Source: Armatimonadota bacterium (GTDB lineage: Bacteria > Sysuimicrobiota > Sysuimicrobiia > Sysuimicrobiales > Kaftiobacteriaceae). From it: a DNA stretch of 64,000 nucleotides. The DNA is taken from positions 23,673 to 87,672 of the forward strand of contig JBBIUY010000004.1 in assembly GCA_037440005.1 (NCBI GenBank), given 5' to 3'. The position numbers and the translations under genes are program-made. Under the pieces are notes generated by a model. It did no database searches and was not told the DNA's origin. It saw only the letters and a program-made list of their open reading frames with translations. Shown one piece after another: positions 36,928-45,695 of the stretch (its first letter is position 1; every line of letters starts with the position of its first letter).

Positions 36928-38148
36928 ATGCGCGCCCTGGTCTTCCACCCCACCATTCCCCGGTTTGTCGTCACCCGGGCCCTGGGCCGTCTCAGCCGGC
37001 AGGCGGCGTGGGGGCCGTGGGCCCCCCTGCGGTACCGGGACGTGCCCGAGCCTCCGCTGCCGGGGGAGGAGTGGGTGCGGGTGCAGGTCCGCCTGGGCGG
37101 GATCTGCGGCAGCGACCTGCACACCATCCAGCTGGACAGCAGCCCGGCCCTGTCGGCGCTCACGTCGTTTCCCTTCGTCATGGGACACGAGAACGTGGGC
37201 ACGGTGGTGGAGGTGGGCCGCCGGGCCCACGGGCTCGCGGTGGGCCAGCGGGTGACCGTGGAGCCGGCGTTGCCGTGCGCGGCCCGGGACCTGCCCCCCT
37301 GCCCGTACTGCGCGGCCGGCCGGTACAACCTGTGCGTGCGGGTGGCCGACGGCCACCTCAGCCCGGGGCTGATGATCGGCGCCTGCCGGGACACCGGCGG
37401 CAGCTGGAGCGGCGGCTTCGTCGCCCACCGCTCCCAGGTCTTCCCGGTGCCCGACGGCGTATCCGACGAGGAGGCGCTGATGGCCGAGCCGGCGGCGTGC
37501 GCGGTGCACCCGCTGCTGTCGTCGCCCCCGCGGGATCAGGATACGGTCCTGGTGATCGGCGGGGGGGTCATCGGCCAGTGCGCCATCGCCGCCCTCCGCG
37601 CCCTGGGCAGCGCGGCCCGGATCGTCGCCCTGGTCAAACACCCCCATCAGGGCGAGGCCGCCCGCCAGCTGGGCGCCGACGCGGTGGTGCGGCTGGGTCC
37701 GGGCGACGCCCACTACCCGGAGGTGGCCGACCGGGTGGGCGGGGTGCTGCGGCGGCCCATGCTGGGCAAGCGGGTGCTGCTGGGGGGCGCCGACCTGACC
37801 GTGGAGTGCGTGGGCAGCGCCCGCAGCCTCGACGACGCCCTGCGGCTCACCCGGCCCGGGGGGACGGTGATCGTGCTGGGGCTGGCGGCGATTCCGGCGG
37901 GGGTGGACTGGACCCCCGTGTGGTGGAAAGAACTCCGGGTCACCGGCAGCTACATCTACGGGGTGGAGACCTGGCAGGGGCGGCGCGTGCGCACCATCCC
38001 CCTGGTGCTGGAGTGGATGGCCGCGGGACGGATGCGGCTGGGTCACCTGGTGACCCACCGCTATGCCCTGGACGACTACCGGGAGGCGCTGAGGGTCGCG
38101 ACCGGCAAGGCCGCCTCCGCCGCGTTCAAGGTCGCCTTCGCCCCCTGA
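36928..38148 (+). CDS. Zn-dependent alcohol dehydrogenase (MDR family)
   Basis: GGICGSDLH catalytic Zn motif, GHENVGTVVEVG and the Rossmann fold VIGGGVIGQ. Confidence 0.85.
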   Translation: MRALVFHPTIPRFVVTRALGRLSRQAAWGPWAPLRYRDVPEPPLPGEEWVRVQVRLGGICGSDLHTIQLDSSPALSALTSFPFVMGHENVGTVVEVGRRAHGLAVGQRVTVEPALPCAARDLPPCPYCAAGRYNLCVRVADGHLSPGLMIGACRDTGGSWSGGFVAHRSQVFPVPDGVSDEEALMAEPAACAVHPLLSSPPRDQDTVLVIGGGVIGQCAIAALRALGSAARIVALVKHPHQGEAARQLGADAVVRLGPGDAHYPEVADRVGGVLRRPMLGKRVLLGGADLTVECVGSARSLDDALRLTRPGGTVIVLGLAAIPAGVDWTPVWWKELRVTGSYIYGVETWQGRRVRTIPLVLEWMAAGRMRLGHLVTHRYALDDYREALRVATGKAASAAFKVAFAP

Positions 38149-38211
38149 CCCCGGCCGGGCGGGTCGCCGGGACCGCGGTCCGGTCCCCCCGGACGCGGCG
38201 GGCGGGGTGGA

Positions 38212-39495
38212 TCAGGGGTAAATGCCGCGGGCCAGCAGGGCGTCGGCCACCCGGCCGATGGCGTAGATGAGGGCGGCGGTCCGCAGATCCACCTCCCGCT
38301 CGCGGGCCAGCAGGGCGACTCCGTGGAACGCTTCGACCATGACCTGCTCCAGCCGCCGGTTGACTTCTTCCTCGCTCCAGAAGAACGCCTGGAGGTCCTG
38401 CACCCACTCGAAGTAGGAGACGATCACCCCGCCGGCGTTGGCCAGGATGTCGGGGACGACCAGCACGCCCCGGTCGGCCAGGATCTGGTCGGCGTCGGGC
38501 GTGGTGGGCCCGTTGGCGGCCTCCACCACCAGCCGGGCCTGCACCCGGGCGGCGTTGCGGGCGGTGATCTGACCCTCCACGGCGGCCGGCACCAGGATGT
38601 CGCAGGGCAGTTCCAGCAGCTGCTGGTTGGTGACCGGTTCGCCGCGGGGGAAACCCTGCACCCCGCCGGCGCGGCGCGCGTGGTCCAGGACCGCCCGCGG
38701 GTCCAGGCCGCCCGGATTGTAGACGCCGCCGCCGACGTCGCTGACGGCCACCACCCGGCAGCCCAGGTCGTGCAGCAGGCAGGCGGCCACCGAGCCCACG
38801 TTGCCGAACCCCTGCACCACCACCCGGCTGCCGGCCAGGGGGAAGCCCGCCAGGGCGGCCGCCTCCCGGGTGACGATGGCCACACCGCGTCCGGTGGCCT
38901 CCACCCGGCCGTGGGAGCCCCCGATGCTCAGCGGCTTGCCGGTCACCACCGACGGCGTCGAGTACCCCCGGTGCATGCTGTAGGTGTCCATGATCCACGC
39001 CATCACCCGGGGGGTGGTCCCCACGTCGGGAGCGGGGATGTCCGAGTCGGGCCCCACTAGCACGCTGATCTCGGTGGCATAGCGCCGGGTGAGCCGCTCC
39101 AGCTCGGCCGGCGACAGGGTGGAGGGGTCGCAGGCCACGCCGCCCTTGGCGCCCCCGTAGGGCAGGTGCATCAGGGCGCACTTCCAGGTCATGAGCATGG
39201 CCAGCGCCCGCACCTCGGCCAGGTCCACCTGCGGGCTGTAGCGGATGCCGCCCTTGCTGGGGCCCAGAACCGTGCTGTGGTGCACCCGGTAGCCGGTGAA
39301 CACCCGCACCGACCCGTCGTCCATCCGCACCGGGAAGGCGACGGCCAGCTCGCGGGCGGGAGTGGCCAGGAACTCCCGGATGCCCCGGGGCAGGGTCAGG
39401 TGGTCGGCGGCGCGGTGGAACTGGCGGAGGGCCGCGTCCCAGGGGTCGTCGGTCCGCACGGCCGGCGGGGCGGAGGAGGAGAGGTCGGACCGCAC
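38212..39495 (-). CDS. gdhA: Glutamate dehydrogenase (Glu/Leu/Phe/Val dehydrogenase family)
   Basis: LPYGGAKGG catalytic Lys motif and the GFGNVG NAD(P)-binding motif. GTG start with a GGGAGGA RBS. Confidence 0.9.
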   Translation of the reverse strand: MRSDLSSSAPPAVRTDDPWDAALRQFHRAADHLTLPRGIREFLATPARELAVAFPVRMDDGSVRVFTGYRVHHSTVLGPSKGGIRYSPQVDLAEVRALAMLMTWKCALMHLPYGGAKGGVACDPSTLSPAELERLTRRYATEISVLVGPDSDIPAPDVGTTPRVMAWIMDTYSMHRGYSTPSVVTGKPLSIGGSHGRVEATGRGVAIVTREAAALAGFPLAGSRVVVQGFGNVGSVAACLLHDLGCRVVAVSDVGGGVYNPGGLDPRAVLDHARRAGGVQGFPRGEPVTNQQLLELPCDILVPAAVEGQITARNAARVQARLVVEAANGPTTPDADQILADRGVLVVPDILANAGGVIVSYFEWVQDLQAFFWSEEEVNRRLEQVMVEAFHGVALLAREREVDLRTAALIYAIGRVADALLARGIYP

Positions 39496-39497
39496 GG

Positions 39498-40457
39498 TCA
39501 GTCCTCCCGGCGTTCGAAGGTGATCCACGCCGGCTGGCGCACGAAGCCCAGCGCGGTGTTGATGCGCAGCATGGGGGCGTTCAGGGAGTCGTTCCAGGTG
39601 CGGATCTCCCGGTACCCCTGCCGCCGGGCGTACTCGATCACCCGCAGCTTCAGCGCCAGCGCGATCCCCTTCCCCCGGTACTCCCGCCGGACGGCGGTCA
39701 GCCCCTGGTACAGCACGTCGGGCAGCCGCTGGCTGCGGAGGACGAAACTTTCCCCCACGCACCGGTCTCCGTCCACCGCCAGGACGTGGCCGTCGGGCAG
39801 GTAGTTGGGGTTGTCCAGCAGGCGCTGGCGGTATTCGTCCAGCGTCGGCGGAGTATAGGGCTCGGGCTGGGGGATGTCGGCCGCGGCCGTGGTGTGCAGG
39901 TCGTACAGGGCGGCCAGCCAGTGCGGGTGGCGCTCCCGCAGCTCGGCCGCGGTGACGACCTGCACCTGCCGCACCGCCTGCGCCGCTTTGGCCGCGAAGG
40001 GCCGGGGGTCGAACGACGCCACCGCCAGCCGCGACTCCCAGGCCCGGCGGACCTCGCGGAACCCCCGGTCCTGCACGAACCGCACGCTGCGGGGGAAGGT
40101 CTCCCGCACCCCGGTCCACAGCACGGTCGGGCGCAGGGGGCGCATGGCCTCGGTCAGCTCCCGGTACAGGCGCGTGCCGATGCCCTGTCCCTGGCGGTCG
40201 GGGCGGACCACGACATCCACCCACAGTTTCTGCGGGTGGTACATGGTGGCCACGTGGTGGTACTCGGCCATCCCCACCAGATCCCCGGCCTCCTCCGCCA
40301 CCAGGCGGCCCAGGTGCAGCCGGTCCCCGTCGTAGCGGGCGTCCTCGTGCCGCCACTCCTCCTCCGACCAGGGGTAGTCGGTGTAGACGGCGGAGGCGAG
40401 AGCGACAGCCGCCGGGTAGTCCCTGTCCTCAAAGGGTCGGATCGCGACAGCGGTCAC
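39498..40457 (-). CDS. Tandem-GNAT N-acetyltransferase
   Basis: Two GNAT-like halves (RQGQGIGTRLY... and REYRGKGIALALK...); 319 aa. Confidence 0.75.
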   Translation of the reverse strand: MTAVAIRPFEDRDYPAAVALASAVYTDYPWSEEEWRHEDARYDGDRLHLGRLVAEEAGDLVGMAEYHHVATMYHPQKLWVDVVVRPDRQGQGIGTRLYRELTEAMRPLRPTVLWTGVRETFPRSVRFVQDRGFREVRRAWESRLAVASFDPRPFAAKAAQAVRQVQVVTAAELRERHPHWLAALYDLHTTAAADIPQPEPYTPPTLDEYRQRLLDNPNYLPDGHVLAVDGDRCVGESFVLRSQRLPDVLYQGLTAVRREYRGKGIALALKLRVIEYARRQGYREIRTWNDSLNAPMLRINTALGFVRQPAWITFERRED

Positions 40458-40524
40458 GCAGGATACCTTCTCACACCCGGCGGGGCGGGCGCAAGTCCCC
40501 GGGGGGCGGCGCCGGTGACGCTGC

Positions 40525-40554
40525 TTGTTGGGGGCGGAGGCTGCGCCGTATAAT
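40525..40554 (+). promoter_or_regulatory. Sigma-70-like promoter for the tRNA-Tyr/tRNA-Gly locus
   Basis: TTGTTG (-35), an 18-nt spacer, then a perfect TATAAT (-10) 11 nt upstream of the tRNA-Tyr 5' end. It is conspicuous in a 72%-GC background. Confidence 0.5.
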
Positions 40555-40565
40555 GCTAGTCGGTC

Positions 40566-40652
40566 GGGCGGGTACCGAAGCGGCCAAACGGGGCTGACTG
40601 TAGATCAGCTGGCGGAATGCCTTCGGAGGTTCGAATCCTTCCCCGCCCACCA
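40566..40652 (+). tRNA. tRNA-Tyr (anticodon GTA), CCA encoded
   Basis: The 7-bp acceptor stem GGGCGGG/CCCGCCC pairs. Anticodon loop CTGTAGA, a long variable arm, T-loop TTCGAATCC and a 3' ACCA. Confidence 0.85.
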
Positions 40653-40658
40653 CGCACT

Positions 40659-40742
40659 AGGGAAGAGGGAAAAGATCGCGTCCAACGTTTCAACGTTCCA
40701 ACGCGCTAAAGGGAAAAGGGAAGAGGGAAGAGGGAAAGGACT
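40659..40742 (+). repeat. (GGGAAGA)n / GGGAAAA G-tract repeat pair flanking an AT-rich CCAACGTT palindromic spacer; G-tract element copy 3
   Basis: GGGAAGAGGGAAAAG, then GCGTCCAACGTTTCAACGTTCCAACGCGC, then AAAGGGAAAAGGGAAGAGGGAAGAGGGAAAGG, which contains four G3 tracts with 4-nt loops. Confidence 0.7.
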
Positions 40743-40773
40743 GGGGTTTCCGCCGATTCTGCTTCCTGCGGGT

Positions 40774-40847
40774 GCGGGGATAGCTCAATGGTAGAGCTCC
40801 GGCCTTCCAAGCCGGTGATGCGGGTTCGATTCCCGTTCCCCGCTCCA
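40774..40847 (+). tRNA. tRNA-Gly (anticodon TCC), CCA encoded
   Basis: The acceptor stem GCGGGGA/TCCCCGC pairs. Anticodon loop CTTCCAA, T-loop TTCGATT and a 3' TCCA. Confidence 0.85.
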
Positions 40848-40921
40848 GACTCTGCCAGCCGCCGGGGGCCGTTCACAGGTCCGTGACGCGGCCGGGGTAT
40901 CGTTCCAGGTGGGGTTCGTCC

Positions 40922-41476
40922 ATGGGGCGGCCGACGCTCGCGCTGGCGGTGGTCGCGACGTTCCTGGTCGGGGGTCCGGCCGCAGCCACCCAGCCGGTGG
41001 TGGTGGCGGTGACGGAGTTCGCCGACGACAGCGTCGACGGGTTCCGCATCGACGCCGCCCGCATGCACGTCGAGTTCGCCTCGCTGCTGGCCTCGGCCGG
41101 AGCCGGGCGGCTGGTGGTGGTGCCCGTGGCGCAGGTGGAGTCTGCGCTGCGGGTTTCGGGGCTGCGGTCCGAGGACCTCTCCCGCCCGTTCGCGGGATCC
41201 GCGGTGGCTGCGGCGGTCGGGGCCCGGTGGCTGGTGAGGGGGCGGTGGACGGTGCTGGAAGTGGACCGGCCCGAGCCGCCGCTTCTCCCCGACGACCTCA
41301 TCCGGCCGGTGCTGGTCCACGCGGCGCTGGAGGTGCAGGTCCTGGACGCCGTCCAGCGGCGCCTGGTGCTGCGGGAGCTGTTCTCCACCACCACCGTGGC
41401 CACGGGGACCCACAGCCTCCGGGACGCCGCGCGCTCCGTCCTCCGCCGCGCCGCCGACCGCGTCGCCCGCCTGTAG
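40922..41476 (+). CDS. Secreted hypothetical protein
   Basis: 184 aa. Signal peptide MGRPTLALAVVATFLVGGPAAA. No recognisable domain. Confidence 0.4.
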   Translation: MGRPTLALAVVATFLVGGPAAATQPVVVAVTEFADDSVDGFRIDAARMHVEFASLLASAGAGRLVVVPVAQVESALRVSGLRSEDLSRPFAGSAVAAAVGARWLVRGRWTVLEVDRPEPPLLPDDLIRPVLVHAALEVQVLDAVQRRLVLRELFSTTTVATGTHSLRDAARSVLRRAADRVARL

Positions 41477-41514
41477 ACCCGCCGCGGCGCGGATACAGGA
41501 GTCCGGCGGCCGGG

Positions 41515-42399
41515 GTGAGAAGCCTCCTTCCCGTGGCGGCGGCAATTCTCGACGGCAAAGCCCTGGCCGCGCAGATCGAAGCCGAGGTGGCCGCGCAGGC
41601 GCAGGCCCTGGTCGCCCGCTACGGGGTGGCGCCGGCCCTGGCGGCCATTCTGGTGGGCGACGATCCGGCCTCGCACCTGTACGTGCGCCGCAAGGCGGAT
41701 GCCTGCGCCCGCGCGGGGATGCGGTCGGAGACCTTTCACCTGCCCGCCGACGCCTCCCAGGACGAGGTGCTGGCGCTCATCGACCAGCTCAACGCCCGGG
41801 CGGACATCCACGGCATCCTCCCCCAGCAGCCCATGCCCGCCCACATCGACCCCCGGGCGGTGTTCGAGCGGATCGACCCGGCCAAGGACGTGGACGGCCT
41901 GGGACCCGCCAACATGGCCGCGCTGCTGGTGGGCCGTCCCCATCTGGTCCCCTGCACCCCCGCCGGCGTGATGCGGCTGCTGGCCCACGCGGGGATCGAC
42001 CCGGCCGGCCGGGAGGCGGTGGTGGTGGGCCGCAGCATCATCGTGGGGCGGCCCATGGCCCTGCTGCTCCTGAATGCCCACGCCACCGTCACCTGGTGTC
42101 ACACCCGGACCCCGGACCTGGCCGCCCACACCCGGCGGGCCGACATCCTGGTGGTGGCGGCCGGACGTCCGGGGCTGGTGACCGGGGCCATGGTCAAGCC
42201 GGGGGCGGCGGTGATCGACGTCGGCATCACCCGCAAGGACGGAAAACTGGTGGGCGACGTGGAGTTCGCGTCGGCGGCCGCGGTGGCCGGGTGGATCACC
42301 CCCGTGCCCGGCGGCGTCGGCCCCATGACCATTGCCATGCTGCTGTCCAACACCGTGCAGGCGGCGCAGCGCCAGCTCCGCGCCGGCCGCGTGACCTGA
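41515..42399 (+). CDS. folD: Bifunctional methylenetetrahydrofolate dehydrogenase/cyclohydrolase FolD
   Basis: ILDGKALA...YVRRK...GRSIIVGRPMALLLL...PVPGGVGPMT are classic FolD motifs. The start is GTG 41515 or GTG 41533. Confidence 0.85.
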   Translation: MRSLLPVAAAILDGKALAAQIEAEVAAQAQALVARYGVAPALAAILVGDDPASHLYVRRKADACARAGMRSETFHLPADASQDEVLALIDQLNARADIHGILPQQPMPAHIDPRAVFERIDPAKDVDGLGPANMAALLVGRPHLVPCTPAGVMRLLAHAGIDPAGREAVVVGRSIIVGRPMALLLLNAHATVTWCHTRTPDLAAHTRRADILVVAAGRPGLVTGAMVKPGAAVIDVGITRKDGKLVGDVEFASAAAVAGWITPVPGGVGPMTIAMLLSNTVQAAQRQLRAGRVT

Positions 42400-42531
42400 C
42401 CGCCGGAGGACGCGCGAGATCGCGCCGCGCGGAATCGGCCGTCTCCGCCGCCGGTGCACGGGGTGTCGTGCGGGCGAGGGTGCCCGACGGAGGCACATCG
42501 CGGGGGCGCGGGGAGTCAGACCCGGGCGCCA

Positions 42532-42590
42532 CGACAATTGGGGTCAGAACCCCACTGTCGTCGAAACCCGACAATTGGGGTCAGACCCCA
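42532..42590 (+). repeat. Tandem direct repeat of a small hairpin unit CGACAATTGGGGTCAGA(A)CCCCA in the folD-folC intergenic region
   Basis: Two copies, 42532-42554 and 42569-42590. Each contains TGGGG-N6-CCCCA. A degenerate third copy (GGGAGTCAGACCCG) lies upstream. Confidence 0.6.
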
Positions 42591-42641
42591 AGTGTTGTGA
42601 TCCTCGCCCGGGGCTGCAGCCGGGCCGCAGGGGAGCATGAC

Positions 42642-43985
42642 GTGACGTACGGCGAGGCGATGGCGTACATCGAGGGGCTGCTGGGCCGACCGCGTCCTGC
42701 GGGAGGCCCGGAGACGGCCAAGATTCTCCGCACGGCGGAGATGCTGCGCCGGCTGGGCGACCCCCACTGCGGCATCCCGACGGTGCTGGTCGCCGGCACC
42801 AAGGGCAAGGGGTCCACCGCCGCCATGCTGGCCGCCATCATGGGCGCGTCGGGATCGCGGGTGGGGCTGTACACCAAGCCCCACCTGGCGGACTACCGGG
42901 AGCGGATCCAGGTGGACGGCGACATGATCGCGCCCGACGCCCTGGCGTCCCTGGTGGAGCGGATCCGGCCCCACGTGGAGGCCATGGCGTCCCACCCGCT
43001 GGGCCTGCCCACCTACTTCGAGGTCTCGGTGGCGCTGGCGTTCCAGCACTTCGCCGATGCCCGGGTGAACCTGGCGGTGGTGGAGGTGGGGCTGGGGGGC
43101 CGCCTGGACGCCACCAACGTGGCCGACCCCGTCCTGGCGGTCCTCACGCCGGTCAGCTACGACCACATGGAGGTGCTGGGCAGCACGCTGGACGCCATCG
43201 CCCGGGAGAAGGCGGGCATCGTCCGCCGCAACGGACGCGTGGTGAGCGCCCCCCAGGCCCCCGAGCCCCTGGCTGCCATCATCGACGTATGCACCCGCCA
43301 CCGCGCCCGGCTCCGGCTGGTGGCTGAGGAGATGCGCTGGCAGGTGAGGGACTGCACCCCCTACCGGCAGACCGTCACCCTGGCCGGCCCCTCGAGCGAC
43401 TACGGGACGCTCGATCTCCCCCTGGTGGGAGCCCACCAGGCCGCCAACGCCGCCACCGCCGTGGCGTCCGCCGAGGTCCTCGCGCAGCGGGGCTTTCCCT
43501 TCGCAGGGAAGGCGGTGGGACCGGCCCTGGCGGGCCTGCGCTGGCCGGGACGCATCGAGGTGGTGGCCGAGCGCCCCTACGTGGTGGTGGACGTGGCCCA
43601 CAACCCGGCGTCCCTGGCGGCCCTGCGGCAGACCCTGGAGACGGTCTTCCCCGGCCGCCGCGTGGTCCTGGTCTACGGGATGGTGGCCACCCACGACCAC
43701 CGGATGTGCACCGGCCTGATCGCCCCCCTGGCGGCGGCGGTGGTGGTGACCACGCCCCGGCACGTCCGGCCTCTGCCCGCTCCGGTCCTGGCCGAGGAGG
43801 TGTCCCGGTATGTCTCCCCGGTGGAGGTGGTCCCCGACCCCCGCCAGGCCGTCCGCCGCGCCCTGGAGCTGGCCGGTCCGGAGGATGTGGTGGTGGTCAC
43901 CGGGTCGTTCTTTCTGGCGGGGGAGGTGCGCGCGGACCTGTACAGGAAGGTGTCCTCTCCGGCACGAACTCCCGTGCAGCCCTGA
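42642..43985 (+). CDS. folC: Folylpolyglutamate synthase/dihydrofolate synthase FolC
   Basis: P-loop VAGTKGKGST and the Mur-ligase-family layout; 447 aa; GTG start. Confidence 0.8.
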   Translation: MTYGEAMAYIEGLLGRPRPAGGPETAKILRTAEMLRRLGDPHCGIPTVLVAGTKGKGSTAAMLAAIMGASGSRVGLYTKPHLADYRERIQVDGDMIAPDALASLVERIRPHVEAMASHPLGLPTYFEVSVALAFQHFADARVNLAVVEVGLGGRLDATNVADPVLAVLTPVSYDHMEVLGSTLDAIAREKAGIVRRNGRVVSAPQAPEPLAAIIDVCTRHRARLRLVAEEMRWQVRDCTPYRQTVTLAGPSSDYGTLDLPLVGAHQAANAATAVASAEVLAQRGFPFAGKAVGPALAGLRWPGRIEVVAERPYVVVDVAHNPASLAALRQTLETVFPGRRVVLVYGMVATHDHRMCTGLIAPLAAAVVVTTPRHVRPLPAPVLAEEVSRYVSPVEVVPDPRQAVRRALELAGPEDVVVVTGSFFLAGEVRADLYRKVSSPARTPVQP

Positions 43986-44039
43986 CGGCGCGGCCTCACG
44001 CGGCCGCCCGCGAGACGCGGAGGAGGACGGGATCCGTCC

Positions 44040-45695
44040 GTGTGGGTGGACGCCATCGTCGACGACATCCTGCGCACCCGACCGCAGGAGGCCTACGTGG
44101 TCAACGATGCCAAGAGCCCGTCGGGCCCCATCCACGTGGGGTCGCTGCGGGGCGTGATCCTGCACGACTGCATCGCCCGCGGGCTGCGGGACCGGGGGCG
44201 CGCCGTCCGCTTCCTGTACGGGTTCGACGACTACGATCCCCTGGACGCGGTCCCCGCCGGCGCGCCGGCGGAGTTCGCCCGGTACCTGGGCCGGCCCCTG
44301 GCCGACGTCCCGTCCCCGGCCGGAGACGGCCAGAGCTTCGCCCGTCACTTCGGCCGGGCGTTTGCGGACGTGTTCACCCGCCTGGGGGCGCGGCCGGAGG
44401 TGTACTGGACCAGCGACTGGTACCGGGCCGGCACCTTCAACGACGCCATCCGCATCGCCCTGGACCGGGCCGACGAGGTCATTCAGATCGACCGGGAGAT
44501 CAGCGGGAGCACCCGGGCCGAACGCCACCCGGTGCAGGTCCTGTGCGAGCGCTGCGGCCGCATCGGCACCACCGTGGTGACCGGGTGGGACGGGCGGGAG
44601 GTGTCCTACGAGTGCCGGCCCGACAAGGTGGCCTGGGCCCAGGGGTGCGGCCACCGGGGACGGCGCTCGCCCTTCGACGGGGGCAGCAAGCTGCAGTACA
44701 AGGTGGAGTGGGCCGCCAAGTGGTGGATCCTGCAGGTGTCGGTGGAGGGGGCGGGCAAAGACCACATGACCCGCGGAGGCAGCCACGATGTGGCCAGCGC
44801 GCTGTGCGCGCGCGTCTTCGGCTGCCGGCCGCCGTACCCCATCCCCTACGAGTGGTTCCTGGCCGGGGGCCGCAAGATGAGCACCAGCAAGGGGGTGGGG
44901 ATGCCCGCCCAGGAGCTGGCGCAGATCCTGCGCCCGGAACTGGCGCGCTTTTTGATGGTGCGGCCCCACTACCGCCAGCAGATCAACTTCGACCCCGGAG
45001 GTGAGACGATCCCTCACCTCTACGACGAGTACGACCGGGCGGCGGCCGCCTACTACCGGGAGGTGACGCCCCGCACCCCGGCGGAGGCGGACCTGCTGCG
45101 CGACCACGCCCGGACCTACTATTACGCCCAGCCGGACGCCCCGCCGCCGCCGTGCTTCCGGATGCGCTTTGCCAAGATCGCGTACCTGATGCAGATGCCC
45201 ACCGTGGACCTGCGGGCCGCCGCCGGGGCCGACAAGGGCGCGCCGCTGACCGACGCCGACCGGGAGGAGCTGCAGAGGCGGGTGGAGGACGCGCGGCGGT
45301 GGCTGCAGACCTACGCCCCCGACCACTACCGTTTCCAGGTCCAGCCCGTCCTGCCGGCTGTGGACCTGGACGTGTCCCAGCGGGAGTTTCTGGGCCGTCT
45401 GGCGGAGGTGGTCGCGGGGCGGCCGGCGTGGTCGGGCGACGACCTCCACGCCCGCATCCACGCCCTCAAGCAGGAGCTGGGCCTGCCGGCCCCGCGGGCG
45501 TTTTCCGCCATCTACCTGGCATTCCTGGGCAAACCCTCCGGCCCCCAGGCCGGGTGGTTCCTGGCGTCCCTGGACCGGGAGTTCGTCCTGCGCAGGCTCC
45601 GGGAGGCGGCCGAACGTCCTTCCGGGAAGACCGAAGCGCCGGCGGCCGACCCCCCGCCCGGGCGCGCCGGAGGCTCGCCCGCTCCACCGTCATGA
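44040..45695 (+). CDS. lysK: Class I lysyl-tRNA synthetase (LysK-type)
   Basis: HIGH-region PSGPIHVGSLRG and KMSKS-region KMSTSKG, plus a zinc-knuckle CERCG; 551 aa; GTG start. Confidence 0.8.
   Translation: MWVDAIVDDILRTRPQEAYVVNDAKSPSGPIHVGSLRGVILHDCIARGLRDRGRAVRFLYGFDDYDPLDAVPAGAPAEFARYLGRPLADVPSPAGDGQSFARHFGRAFADVFTRLGARPEVYWTSDWYRAGTFNDAIRIALDRADEVIQIDREISGSTRAERHPVQVLCERCGRIGTTVVTGWDGREVSYECRPDKVAWAQGCGHRGRRSPFDGGSKLQYKVEWAAKWWILQVSVEGAGKDHMTRGGSHDVASALCARVFGCRPPYPIPYEWFLAGGRKMSTSKGVGMPAQELAQILRPELARFLMVRPHYRQQINFDPGGETIPHLYDEYDRAAAAYYREVTPRTPAEADLLRDHARTYYYAQPDAPPPPCFRMRFAKIAYLMQMPTVDLRAAAGADKGAPLTDADREELQRRVEDARRWLQTYAPDHYRFQVQPVLPAVDLDVSQREFLGRLAEVVAGRPAWSGDDLHARIHALKQELGLPAPRAFSAIYLAFLGKPSGPQAGWFLASLDREFVLRRLREAAERPSGKTEAPAADPPPGRAGGSPAPPS

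Noticed and set aside
38161-38190. Near-palindrome CCGGGACCGCGGTCCGG between the convergent Zn-ADH and gdh genes as a bidirectional terminator
   Set aside because: The stem is short and imperfect with no T-tract on either strand. It was left unannotated.
32221-40742. CRISPR array
   Set aside because: The only repeats are 7-nt microsatellite-like G-tract units, not 25-40-nt repeats separated by unique spacers. No cas genes are present.
42516-45461. 981-aa ORF on the minus strand
   Set aside because: Antisense to folC and the class I lysRS. Low-complexity translation with no domain signatures.
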